Shown one piece after another: positions 10,053 to 19,226 of a DNA stretch of 64,000 bases. The stretch is from a virus (taxonomy: Duplodnaviria; Caudoviricetes), in IMG/VR virus record IMGVR_UViG_3300031629_000002, positions 343 to 64,342 of that record. One strand, written 5' to 3'. The notes below the pieces were generated by a model. That model was given only the letters and a program-made list of their open reading frames with translations, searched no databases and was not told where the DNA came from. Both the position numbers and the translations under genes were made by a program. The stretch's first letter is position 1. The number at the start of each line of letters is the position of its first letter.

Positions 10053-10474
10053 TATCGTTGCCCCCGTAGTCGGTTGTATGTTTCAGCCACTCGTAGTGGT
10101 AGTTCAATATACCAATGAGCGAGCATTGGTGTTTTAGCATAAGATCTTGCCATTGGCAAGAATGCTTTGGAGAGTGAGCGAAGGAGTTCGTCGGCTTCTT
10201 CACGGGGAACTTCGGGTAGTGCGTTTTTCAAATCGTGGTATGCCATGCGGATTAGCATAACTGACCCGATGGCTTCACTTGAGCAATCCTCTTGAGATGT
10301 AAGGCCGAATGCGTCGAGTCCTACTTTCCAAACGGAAATGACTTCTTCGAGTGCATCACACATTTGTAGTGCCTCAAGCATGGTGTAAATGTTGTTATCG
10401 CCGTGAAGGTAGTCGGCATATTCTGTATGCTTTAACATCAAGGCTGGAATGGTTTGATACCCTCGTTCATCCAT
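10052..10474 (-). CDS. Hypothetical alpha-helical protein
   Basis: ORF packed between its neighbours; ATG start at 10474. Confidence 0.65.
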   Translation of the reverse strand: MDERGYQTIPALMLKHTEYADYLHGDNNIYTMLEALQMCDALEEVISVWKVGLDAFGLTSQEDCSSEAIGSVMLIRMAYHDLKNALPEVPREEADELLRSLSKAFLPMARSYAKTPMLAHWYIELPLRVAETYNRLRGQR

Positions 10475-10480
10475 TTTCAA

Positions 10481-11041
10481 TCATCCCTCCATATCTTCGT
10501 CACAGTTTAAGCAATATCCCCAATAATTAGGGCCTTGCTTTGTTTTTTCCCTCTCACGCTTCAATTCCTGATCGCTCATACCTTGAAACCGACCTCCTTT
10601 TTCTGCTATTTCCTGTAAGTTATCTTCTTTTGTATCTATTTCCAACTCTTCGGATAGGCACATGGGGCAAGACCTTGGTGATTTTGATTTCACCACAGAC
10701 CAACCTGCGCTGAACGCTCGGTCAGTGGATGCTTTCTTAGAACCCCATTTCGGACGGCGGTTGCACTTTGAGCAATTATCATCACCGCACCCACCACCAC
10801 ATGAGGAACAATTACCTTGTCCACAGTAAGACCAATCTTTCTTGTCGCATTTGTCTTCACAATTCATTGTAGCACAAGCGGCCTTTTTCACGACAGGTTT
10901 GAAATCCTCTTCTCGTTCCATGTAACCGCATTTATTACAAACGAAATTAACATGACCTTCTTCTTCTCTTATCATGCCGCCATGTGGATTTCCACATTCG
11001 GGACACTCGACAGGCTCTCCAATAAATCTCGCTTCAACCAT
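10481..11041 (-). CDS. Cys-rich multi-Zn-ribbon protein with AFSAGWSVVK motif
   Basis: CPEC..CNKC, a Cys-rich middle, CPMC..CLNC; start MVEARF overlaps the upstream stop. Confidence 0.7.
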   Translation of the reverse strand: MVEARFIGEPVECPECGNPHGGMIREEEGHVNFVCNKCGYMEREEDFKPVVKKAACATMNCEDKCDKKDWSYCGQGNCSSCGGGCGDDNCSKCNRRPKWGSKKASTDRAFSAGWSVVKSKSPRSCPMCLSEELEIDTKEDNLQEIAEKGGRFQGMSDQELKREREKTKQGPNYWGYCLNCDEDMEG

Positions 11042-11744
11042 CTTCAAGAACCCCCGCATCGGCTAATGCTTTACGCATAACTCGCCACTCTTCCGGTGAC
11101 TTTTCGGAGAAGTGGGCCTGTATAACTGTCAAGACACTCACCTGCTCGTTAGAGCCGAGTGATTCGGCTTTAATTAGGTATTCGCTAATGTCGGTTAAAG
11201 TGTCACGAACTTCACGATGTAATTTCACTGCGGTGTCAAGACCCTTGTAATCAAGAGTTCCTGTTTCCTGCCGTTCCTCTTGCATCAGATCCAAGTGGTC
11301 GTTGAATAAGCCGTTAAGGCGTTGGAGGTTTCGTTCCGTCTGTGCCATAGCGGTGTGTGCGGTTTCGATGGCGGCTGGCAATACCTCCATATTCACTTGT
11401 CTTTGTATTACGGGTTGAGTGTGATGTTCGATATGTTGGGCGAGAGCCGTTTCGGTGACATCCAAATCCGTCGCCATATCGGCCATTCCAACAAGACCGT
11501 TGAGAATTGCCGCTTCAAGGTTGGCTCTTTCGGGGTGTGTGCATACAGGACATTCTGTATTGCTATTATTATGATACTCACCGGAATGACGCCTCATGTG
11601 GCGGTGTGCTGTTCCCTCCGCCCAGTCTTGGTTCAAATCCAATTCAAATACCTCAAGCAATCCAATACGGATTTGTTCTTCGTATCGATCTCTTGATTCA
11701 TGCTGACAAAAAGAGCAGTTTCTACGCACACGCCTCCCCGTCAT
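11034..11744 (-). CDS. Duplicated CxxCxH/HTH DNA-binding protein with coiled coil (candidate terminase small subunit)
   Basis: Two repeats, CSFCQHESR..G..HRHMRRH and CPVCTHPER..G..AQHIEHH, then a coiled coil. The TerS role is inferred from architecture and arm position. Confidence 0.55.
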   Translation of the reverse strand: MTGRRVRRNCSFCQHESRDRYEEQIRIGLLEVFELDLNQDWAEGTAHRHMRRHSGEYHNNSNTECPVCTHPERANLEAAILNGLVGMADMATDLDVTETALAQHIEHHTQPVIQRQVNMEVLPAAIETAHTAMAQTERNLQRLNGLFNDHLDLMQEERQETGTLDYKGLDTAVKLHREVRDTLTDISEYLIKAESLGSNEQVSVLTVIQAHFSEKSPEEWRVMRKALADAGVLEDG

Positions 11745-11771
11745 GTTTTACCGATAGGGGCTGGGTTTATT

Positions 11772-11975
11772 TCACTTTTGACTGTTTCGGCGGTGAGCAT
11801 TACAAAATAGGCCATCAATCATGTGCCAATTTTTACACGGTGTCCCGTCTTTCTTGACAGCCGCACATTTCAACGATTTGTGTTGAACGACGGGTTTCGG
11901 TGTGGGCACCACTTGTTCATACGCTGGTGGCGGCGAGGCGGAATAATTGCGCCCATCAATAGCGAAAGGATGCGT
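11772..11975 (-). CDS. Small CCCH Zn-finger protein (no ATG; ACG or internal GTG start)
   Basis: Hand translation: (T)HPFAIDGRNYSASPPPAYEQVVPTPKPVVQHKSLKCAAVKKDGTPCKNWHMIDGLFCNAHRRNSQK*. Confidence 0.55.
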   Translation of the reverse strand, partial: THPFAIDGRNYSASPPPAYEQVVPTPKPVVQHKSLKCAAVKKDGTPCKNWHMIDGLFCNAHRRNSQK

Positions 11976-12216
11976 ATTGTCGTATTGCTATAACGGAGGT
12001 AAGTATTAGACCGAAGAACATAGCCATTACTGCGCTTGTTCCCAAGGCTGGCCCTTTCCATACTAATACCACGAATGAGAAGAGAATGAATGCTATAATG
12101 TAGATCATCGTTGCACTTTCAACAAGTAGTTTCTTTGGACTTAATATGTCAATCGTGGCCGAAGACCATGATACTTCTGCGTTTATTGCTGGTTGATTTG
12201 GTTTTTCATTTGTCAT
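11956..12216 (-). CDS. Small two-TM membrane protein
   Basis: Two hydrophobic helices, MIYIIAFILFSFVVLVW and AVMAMFFGLILTSVIAI; GAGGTGA SD. Confidence 0.75.
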   Translation of the reverse strand: MTNEKPNQPAINAEVSWSSATIDILSPKKLLVESATMIYIIAFILFSFVVLVWKGPALGTSAVMAMFFGLILTSVIAIRQYASFRY

Positions 12217-12227
12217 TGTTCATCACC

Positions 12228-12896
12228 TCAAAGGACTGTTCCTGCTTTAGCGGCCATATTGACCCCGTGTCCCATAGTAGCACCAAAGCCACCTTGGCCT
12301 TGAACTGCGTTGCCCATCATTCCACCAAGCATACTACCGAAGAATCCCGGCTGTTGCTGTTGTTGCATCATCTGTGATTGCATAGAACCTTGCTGATGTG
12401 CGGCAAGGAACATTTGTAATTGCTGTTGATTGGTGTTTAGAACATTCTGTGCCGACGATTGAACCTTTTGTAGTGTCAAGGCGAGATTTTCCGGTGACAT
12501 TGTTTGGAGTTCATTTGGCATAGAAGAAGCATCGAGGGTCATTTTGTTATCCTCGATTTTGAATGAAACATTATTGAAGAACTCTTTGATTGATAATTGG
12601 ACAATTTCTCCTACTAAGTCTAAAACCAAAGCCATGTTATTGCTGACTACAAACGCTGACATTGGGTCATACATACCAAGTAATTGAGATGTTGCTACAA
12701 TTGGATCGTTGGCGGCCTGTTGCATCATAGGGTTGTTTGCTTGTTGCATCATCCCAAGTCCTCCACCCATTCCCATTGGCTGTTGTTGTCCGTAGCCCAT
12801 CATGTTCTGTTGTCCGTAGTTTTGCTGTGCGGCCAAAGAAGGGGCACCAAATTGCTGTGTCGTTTGCGGTTTATTTCCAAATCCAAATAGTCCCAT
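12228..12896 (-). CDS. Gln/Gly/Met-rich protein
   Basis: Begins MGLFGFG with Q/M-rich termini; AGGTGA SD before the ATG at 12896. Confidence 0.75.
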   Translation of the reverse strand: MGLFGFGNKPQTTQQFGAPSLAAQQNYGQQNMMGYGQQQPMGMGGGLGMMQQANNPMMQQAANDPIVATSQLLGMYDPMSAFVVSNNMALVLDLVGEIVQLSIKEFFNNVSFKIEDNKMTLDASSMPNELQTMSPENLALTLQKVQSSAQNVLNTNQQQLQMFLAAHQQGSMQSQMMQQQQQPGFFGSMLGGMMGNAVQGQGGFGATMGHGVNMAAKAGTVL

Positions 12897-12906
12897 TATT
12901 CTCACC

Positions 12907-13812
12907 TTATTGTTGTGCCATCATTGGCTCTTGGGGCACCATGGTGCCTTGCATGTCTTGAGGGGAAACGCCCATCATAGATTGTTGTTGCGCCATCTGT
13001 TCCAATTGCATGGCTCTCATATCGAAGGTCACAGTCACCAGATCAGCAACACCAGTAATTGGGTTTGCGTGTTGTGTCAAGGAGACACCCTTTGAGTATT
13101 GAGCGTCCTTTTGAATCATTTGGAAAAAAGTGCCATACTTTGCTAATGACTCCGGTGTGGAACGGTTTTTTGCTTGACTTCTATTCAAACCCGGAACCTT
13201 CAAGAAACGGGTTCCTTTTGACACCGCCTTGCCGAATCCCTCGTTTTCCATCTCATGTTCCTCGACCATACAATACAGTGTATGGAATATGTGAAGGTGT
13301 GCTGGACATAGTGTGCTGTTCATTTCGTCGCCGTGATCGCCGTGTGTTCGGGCGTGTGGCTTGCGAGCCTGTCCCGAATCCTCGTCAAACCAATAGATGT
13401 CGGCTAAAGACAAACCTGTCTTTTCATCAACAATGTGGTTGTATGCGTTGTCTCCTTCAAGGAAACGGCGCACATCAACACCACAGCAAGAGCATTCATG
13501 TGCGGCATTGTAGCGGTAGATTTTGAATAAGCCCAAATTGTAGTTTGGAGGGCGTAGTGCCTTTCTCATTTTCTTAATGTTCTTTTTACGGGCTTTGCGT
13601 GGATTATTGACATTGGTGACAAGTTTCAATTCGACAGTGGGGATGAGGGCTTCTCCTTCTACTCCACCAGTGGAACCTGCGGTTGCCATCTCGGCTCGCT
13701 GTTGGGTCTTTAACATAGCAAACGAAACACCAGTATGTGCGGCAAGTATTTTCAACTCTTCGTCACTTAAGCCGTTTAATGTAATACCGCCGCCGAATGG
13801 ATTAAGCCTCAT
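12907..13812 (-). CDS. Hypothetical protein with putative Zn-binding Cys/His residues
   Basis: HECSCCG ... LCPAHLH; GGTGA SD. Confidence 0.75.
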   Translation of the reverse strand: MRLNPFGGGITLNGLSDEELKILAAHTGVSFAMLKTQQRAEMATAGSTGGVEGEALIPTVELKLVTNVNNPRKARKKNIKKMRKALRPPNYNLGLFKIYRYNAAHECSCCGVDVRRFLEGDNAYNHIVDEKTGLSLADIYWFDEDSGQARKPHARTHGDHGDEMNSTLCPAHLHIFHTLYCMVEEHEMENEGFGKAVSKGTRFLKVPGLNRSQAKNRSTPESLAKYGTFFQMIQKDAQYSKGVSLTQHANPITGVADLVTVTFDMRAMQLEQMAQQQSMMGVSPQDMQGTMVPQEPMMAQQ

Positions 13813-13867
13813 GTTTCATCACCGCCTATGACCCTGTGAGGACTGACAACATGAAAAGGATTCCCCT

Positions 13868-14593
13868 TCACATCATGTCAATAGTCCGTATAACGCCAGC
13901 CTCCACATTTAGTCCATATTGAGCCGCCATAGCCTCGACATTGGTCGCTATTGCCGCCCTTCTCAAGCGTCTCATATCTGTTTGAAAGGGCATAACCATA
14001 GGATGTTGGCGTTTCAAACCCAAGTCCCACATTTGCTGACATTCGTTAGTCCACCACAGATCCATTTTATTCAACACTAAACACACTACCTTTGGTTTGT
14101 AGTTCTTTGCTTGTTTCTTCATAGAGCGTGTAAATGTTGAGGGGAACCTATGATTGACTATAATGTCTGTAAGGTATTTGAAACCAGCAACCGCTTCTTG
14201 CATAGCGGGTTCCGACCATCCTACCCTATCATCCACCACGAAAAAGACAATGGAAGCGTTTCTATTGAGCATGTCTTCGGCCCACATGTTCCAGTATTGG
14301 GATTGTCCCCCGATGTCGGTTGTAGAAATAGGAACCCTTTCTCCCTTCCACCGCACTTGTTTCTTTGAACCGTGTGGCATTAGGTATGACCCGTTCTTAA
14401 CAGGGTGTGTAGTTCTCAATTCCAATGGGATTGGGTCGATGTCACCGGGAACAGTAAGGTATTGGTCGAGTGTTGTCTTACCGGCCAAAGAAGGGCCGTA
14501 AATGGCTACTCTATGAGGCCGTAGCAAACGATAGACATAGGCGGCTATTTGAGCCGACCCCATCAATAGGTGTCCTGCAAACATCCAAGACAT
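13868..14593 (-). CDS. Small Ras-superfamily (Arf/Rab-like) P-loop GTPase
   Basis: G1 GPSLAGKTT, G2 candidate RTT, G3 DIGGQ (followed by SQYWNMW), G4 NKMD, G5-like AMAAQYGLNVE; hydrophobic/amphipathic N-terminal helix. Confidence 0.85.
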   Translation of the reverse strand: MSWMFAGHLLMGSAQIAAYVYRLLRPHRVAIYGPSLAGKTTLDQYLTVPGDIDPIPLELRTTHPVKNGSYLMPHGSKKQVRWKGERVPISTTDIGGQSQYWNMWAEDMLNRNASIVFFVVDDRVGWSEPAMQEAVAGFKYLTDIIVNHRFPSTFTRSMKKQAKNYKPKVVCLVLNKMDLWWTNECQQMWDLGLKRQHPMVMPFQTDMRRLRRAAIATNVEAMAAQYGLNVEAGVIRTIDMM

Positions 14594-14598
14594 TCACT

Positions 14599-14820
14599 TC
14601 ACTTCCCCCTGATCCATTCCCAAACGCTTGTTGGGTTTATGGAGAGCCATGTGTCCATTCCAAGTAGTATGAAGAAGGTTAAGGCCATTCCGCCAAGAAA
14701 GGCTAAGGCTGTTTTCACAGACCAAGCGGCTCTTTCCATCCTTCGATCATATGCGTTCTCGGCAAGAATGGCTGACATCGCTTCGGCTTGTCGTTCTTGT
14801 TGTGTGTTGAAAGGCCACAT
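14599..14820 (-). CDS. Single-TM membrane protein
   Basis: Hydrophobic segment ALAFLGGMALTFFILLGM. Confidence 0.7.
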   Translation of the reverse strand: MWPFNTQQERQAEAMSAILAENAYDRRMERAAWSVKTALAFLGGMALTFFILLGMDTWLSINPTSVWEWIRGK

Positions 14821-14835
14821 GGGTTTCCCTCACTA

Positions 14836-15312
14836 TCACTGTGCTGGTTCTTCCTTTTTGGGTTCTTCGGTGTTTGGTAGCCCGAATGTCTGTTGAGAAG
14901 GATCATTCCACGCCTGTTGCTTATACATTTGCGATTCTTGGCTCATGTTGTAGTCTTTTCGAGAACGACGCTGTTGTAGTCTTTGTTGGTTACGGTGCCA
15001 CTTGTCATAGCGACCTTCTTGAGAGAACTCGGCTCGTAGTGCAAGGGAGTCACGAATACCCCCAACATGGAATAAAACCATAGAGATACAAAGGAAACCG
15101 AATGCTATAAGCCCGTATTGAAGACCCATCTCACCGGGGCTTGCTCCCGGTAGATACCATTGTAGATGCGATATTGTTACCGAAACGCCAGTTAAGAGTG
15201 ATTGCCATAATAACATAGCAATCAAATTGATGTCGATCCGGTTATTGTCGTCGCCGCCGTTGTTGGCCCACGGAGGCATCTGTGCAGGTTGGGGTGCGTT
15301 TGGGGCTTGCAT
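14836..15312 (-). CDS. Two-TM membrane protein with basic coiled-coil tail
   Basis: LIAMLLWQSLLTGVSVTI and YGLIAFGFLCISMVLFHV; TAATG overlap with the upstream RHH gene. Confidence 0.75.
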   Translation of the reverse strand: MQAPNAPQPAQMPPWANNGGDDNNRIDINLIAMLLWQSLLTGVSVTISHLQWYLPGASPGEMGLQYGLIAFGFLCISMVLFHVGGIRDSLALRAEFSQEGRYDKWHRNQQRLQQRRSRKDYNMSQESQMYKQQAWNDPSQQTFGLPNTEEPKKEEPAQ

Positions 15313-15458
15313 TACTGTTCATCTCCATTTTTCTTTTTATTTTCAAAATACTCCTTAAGTATGAAACACACGAAGGATGACTTCGATTCCCGACCTCTTG
15401 CCGCTTCTACTTTAGCGAACAAATCGTCGGGCATAACTACTGATACATGACGGCTCAT
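15312..15458 (-). CDS. Ribbon-helix-helix (CopG-like) regulator, 48 aa
   Basis: Below the ORF-track cutoff. MSRHVSVVMPDDLFAKVEAARGRESKSSFVCFILKEYFENKKKNGDEQ fits the RHH pattern (VSVxxPDDL..V.....SKSSFV...L). Confidence 0.75.
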   Translation of the reverse strand: MSRHVSVVMPDDLFAKVEAARGRESKSSFVCFILKEYFENKKKNGDEQ

Positions 15459-15526
15459 GTATGTATGCCAGTAGTGTTAGGGCTATGAAGGTTATGATTA
15501 TGAACATGGTGGGCGTGGGGGTTCAC

Positions 15527-16036
15527 ATGACGACCCCAAATGTGCCGGACGCTGTGACCGCTATGCGCTCATATCAATATGTTGTAAATGCCTCACCGAA
15601 CAGCAGTTCTCTCCTTTCTTCGTGGATCCAACGCCACACCGATGAGTCCTTAGCCGCCGACTTTGACTATAAAGCGGCAATCGCAGTGTTGGCGTATTTC
15701 AACCACCCACTTTACACTACTACTACGAACCAACCAACAGGCACAGCCGCATGGGTTTCACTGATGAATGGGGCCGAAAGCATACTTCAAGCCGAGGCGT
15801 CATGGATAGACGACCAATTACTTATTGCCAACATCACACGCCCACAGCGTTTGTTCGATAGCGACATCACTTGGTTGAGCCAGTGGGCGGCGGCAAACAA
15901 TGTGTCGGCTAATACCGAAACCGCATACTTGCTGAACTCTTTGATTCTTCAATTACAAATCTGTGAAGGAACTAATGGTGCTACAAATGCGTCCAGTGTT
16001 TCACACACTGTTCACACATCACCGACAGTCCCTTAG
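15527..16036 (+). CDS. Hypothetical protein, divergent from the RHH/GTPase operon
   Basis: Likely start MTTPNVP; fills the gap between minus-strand genes; stop overlaps the convergent gene. Confidence 0.6.
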   Translation: MTTPNVPDAVTAMRSYQYVVNASPNSSSLLSSWIQRHTDESLAADFDYKAAIAVLAYFNHPLYTTTTNQPTGTAAWVSLMNGAESILQAEASWIDDQLLIANITRPQRLFDSDITWLSQWAAANNVSANTETAYLLNSLILQLQICEGTNGATNASSVSHTVHTSPTVP

Positions 16037-18060
16037 AGAATATCGTTCAACCGTTGCTGGTCGAGGTTGATTGGGAATAAAGGCTTCATGTTTTTATCGT
16101 AGTCGATGTTGCCGCCAGTTTTCAAACGCACTTGTTGGTTTTTGCTTCCAGCGATATGAGGGTTATATGAAACAGGTTTGTCACCCCAACATGCTTCGCA
16201 GTTATGATCCATACACGAACCACCCGCTATTGATACAGGGCAAATGTGTGTTCCGGGGGTGTCTTCGGCTCCAACGAACGAAGCGGTGACATTGGGATGT
16301 TCTGTCGCTTGTTGGAATGCCGATGATAATTTGGGTAGGCCCAATTCTTGGTTTCGGTCATTATCGGCCCCTTGACCGACAAACGGTGCGCTCAATGAAA
16401 CAGACAGGTTGTCGGGTATGGCGGTGTCATAGTCCCTGCCACTTGATTGAAGGAACATGTTCAGTGCTTGGGCTTCACGGGTAGGCAACCATGCCCTACT
16501 TTTCAAAGGACTCTTTGCACCTATTGTTCTCATGGTATCGGAGAGAAGGGAGAGATGTTTGGCTTTGTCTTCACTTGTTTTACCTTGTAAATCACCCGAC
16601 TCAAAGAAGCGGAATAAATCGGTTCCGTGGTCTAACACTGATGAGGACATCCTATTCCCCAAAGCCGAACCATAGCGAACCATGTCTTCGATGTTTTCGG
16701 GAGTCCTCAAAGCGATGGCGTTTCGCCAATTGGCTATTTGTTTTTGATTCATAGACGCACGACCATGATCGTGAGCATAACAGTTCTCACAGGTAGCACC
16801 TGCAACCTCTCTCATTTTACTACCGACACCACACATGTGAGTAGGGAAGTTTTGATGCGCTCCGGGCATTTTTGAATTATCACCCAATGGGCTACCTATT
16901 GTTCTTTCAGCCTGTTGTTTCATATTCCCGCCTTGTATCAGTGTTCTAAAATCGGGAAAGTAGTCGTCTATTCCTTCAAGGGGATAGTTCACATTGAAGT
17001 CTGTGTCGAATTGGTCGGTCTTATCTTTGTTCGCTTCGACCCAATTGAAAACATCACGCCCGTGACCCGGCCCCTTTCCGCTTTGGTTCAACCTTTTGTC
17101 CCACCAACCTATTTCACCGGGATCTCCCAGTGCTTTGATGAGAACCTCACCAAGACTGAATAATGAATCACTTCGTCGGACAACATTGGTGAAATCTATG
17201 CCCTTTGGAAAATACATACCGTGTGGGGTGACAATACCCGTATTACCATCGAAGCGTGTTCCCTGTCCAATAGGTATTGGTTCGGCCATTTCACCAACAG
17301 GGCCAGCAGGGAGCATGGCGAAATCACCAGTTCCCGATATTTGATGAGGTAATGGTCGGCCCATGTGTTCCGTTTGAGTTTTACTTCTTCGCCCGAACAG
17401 TGGGTGTATTCCCAAGTCCTTGTGATCCTCGACAGGTTCTTCCTTTACATCATCCCGATAAACGATATTACCTTGTTCATCATGGTAAAATGGGCGGTAT
17501 GTCACCAAGTCGGCTTGCCAGCCCTCTTCATCAAGAACTCTTGCGTTGCCGTTGGCGTCCATTTCCACATCATAATTATGGACATCTTGGGGTAGTTCGT
17601 CGCCTAAAAGGTATTGTTGGGATTCGGAAACATCAAGCCGACCGGAAATCGGGGCGTGTAATGTGCGACCCGGCCCCCTTGCTGGCAGTTTTCTTTCGCC
17701 CTCCCTCCAACGCTTATTGCCATGCAAAGCGTCACGCTGTGAGTTTCGATCAACAGACACCATAGGATCATGTATAGGAACCTGTGAAGCGACTTCGGTG
17801 CTTACAGGCGCACCCCCTCCAACAAGCCTTCGTTGAACCGCCATCATACCCGGCCCTCTCTTAGCGGGGTCTTTTGGATCCGATGGGAACTCATCAAAGT
17901 GTTCGGGCCTTAGACCCGGAGGCAAACGCAAATCACGACCCGGTGATGCTTGACTTATGTTGCGAAAGGAGGCGATAGAGTCGTCTTTTGGAACATTACC
18001 TGCGGCGTCTTCTTTCTTACCACGGGCGGTATATTTCCAGTCAAACGGCCCTGTCATCAT
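16033..18060 (-). CDS. Protein with C-terminal Gp88-like (putative Fe-S) domain
   Basis: SKMPG..C....CENCYA...FRFFESGD..WLPTRE..PDNL..CP....C...CEACW....Y.PH matches the phage gene-product-88 family pattern as I recall it; start at 18060 overlaps the upstream stop. Confidence 0.7.
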   Translation of the reverse strand: MMTGPFDWKYTARGKKEDAAGNVPKDDSIASFRNISQASPGRDLRLPPGLRPEHFDEFPSDPKDPAKRGPGMMAVQRRLVGGGAPVSTEVASQVPIHDPMVSVDRNSQRDALHGNKRWREGERKLPARGPGRTLHAPISGRLDVSESQQYLLGDELPQDVHNYDVEMDANGNARVLDEEGWQADLVTYRPFYHDEQGNIVYRDDVKEEPVEDHKDLGIHPLFGRRSKTQTEHMGRPLPHQISGTGDFAMLPAGPVGEMAEPIPIGQGTRFDGNTGIVTPHGMYFPKGIDFTNVVRRSDSLFSLGEVLIKALGDPGEIGWWDKRLNQSGKGPGHGRDVFNWVEANKDKTDQFDTDFNVNYPLEGIDDYFPDFRTLIQGGNMKQQAERTIGSPLGDNSKMPGAHQNFPTHMCGVGSKMREVAGATCENCYAHDHGRASMNQKQIANWRNAIALRTPENIEDMVRYGSALGNRMSSSVLDHGTDLFRFFESGDLQGKTSEDKAKHLSLLSDTMRTIGAKSPLKSRAWLPTREAQALNMFLQSSGRDYDTAIPDNLSVSLSAPFVGQGADNDRNQELGLPKLSSAFQQATEHPNVTASFVGAEDTPGTHICPVSIAGGSCMDHNCEACWGDKPVSYNPHIAGSKNQQVRLKTGGNIDYDKNMKPLFPINLDQQRLNDIL

Positions 18061-19226
18061 TGTCCCCCCTGTTTCAGCACAGCCCACCCTTGTTCAAAGG
18101 CGTTTTGGGGTTCGGAGAGTTCAAAGTCCAATAATGCTGTCTGTGAACCTTCTTTCGGGAGGAACTTACCGTAGCCGTAGGTCTGCAATAATTGATTGAT
18201 AGAATGACCGTCAAAGTCGTCCACATTCGCAACACCTATCATTTCGGGTTTGGGGCCACGCTTTTCGGGGTTTCCCGATACATTATCGGGGCGTTGAATG
18301 ACGGTAGTGTCAAGGCCAATATCCTTGTATTGTTCGATGGGGTCGATACTGTCAAAGGCCAATACAGGCTGGCCTTCTTGTATTCTTTCCTCTAATTGGC
18401 GGAACATCTGTCTTGGATCGAAACCCTCACCGTAAGTGCCGGGTTGCCCCGAATAAGGAGGGTCATTGATAACTCCTGCTTTATTGTCAATATCCCATTC
18501 GGCCAGTGCTTCGGCACCATCGCCTTGGCGCACATTCACATTTTTGAGAGGTTCCCTGTAATTCAACAGGTTTTCCATTGAGGGTAAGGATTGCATGGTT
18601 TTGACATCGGGTGGGTTGCTCGGCCACAGCATTCCTTCGTGTTCATTACCAACTTTGTTATGGCGGATTTGTCCCACATGTCCCGCACGCTTATTGCGAA
18701 AAAGGTTGAGTGCTTGGGCAAGGCGCATAGACTCGGAGCGTGGTTCACCATCTCTCATCAATGTATCATAATAAGCCAAGGTATCGGGGGGGACAGCATC
18801 TCCACGCTTTCTTTCAGTGACATTCGGGCCTCTTATTTGTGTTCTCCAATGGTCTTTCAATTGTTGATCGTTTAGACCCTGCAACATACTCCAATCAATG
18901 TCAATACCTTGTGTTCCTTGATTAGACATGGCCTCAACCAAAGCGGCGGTTCCGGCATCCATTTCATTGTAGTCGCTCGAACCCTGTGGCAAAATGTTGA
19001 GTATGTCATTAGCAGGGCCGCCATAGGGAACTTGTAGGCCATCAATACCGGCTTTATCGGCAAAGTTCCTTTGAACCATCCTATAATGTGGTTTATTTTT
19101 GGAGCCAGTGTGTCGAACGATGGGTGCCATACCTTTAGCACCCGACATGTCGGCACGCATAGCGGCCATTTCGGCGGCGTCAATACGGCGACCTGTGCGG
19201 TGTCCCTTGTATCTCGGCAAAACCAT
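18057..19226 (-). CDS. Dam-like (D12-class) DNA adenine methyltransferase, divergent
   Basis: PIVRHTGSK (cf. LKWAGGK), VPYGG (cf. EPFxG), catalytic INDPPY; C-terminal AFEQGWAVLK motif. Confidence 0.7.
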   Translation of the reverse strand: MVLPRYKGHRTGRRIDAAEMAAMRADMSGAKGMAPIVRHTGSKNKPHYRMVQRNFADKAGIDGLQVPYGGPANDILNILPQGSSDYNEMDAGTAALVEAMSNQGTQGIDIDWSMLQGLNDQQLKDHWRTQIRGPNVTERKRGDAVPPDTLAYYDTLMRDGEPRSESMRLAQALNLFRNKRAGHVGQIRHNKVGNEHEGMLWPSNPPDVKTMQSLPSMENLLNYREPLKNVNVRQGDGAEALAEWDIDNKAGVINDPPYSGQPGTYGEGFDPRQMFRQLEERIQEGQPVLAFDSIDPIEQYKDIGLDTTVIQRPDNVSGNPEKRGPKPEMIGVANVDDFDGHSINQLLQTYGYGKFLPKEGSQTALLDFELSEPQNAFEQGWAVLKQGGQ

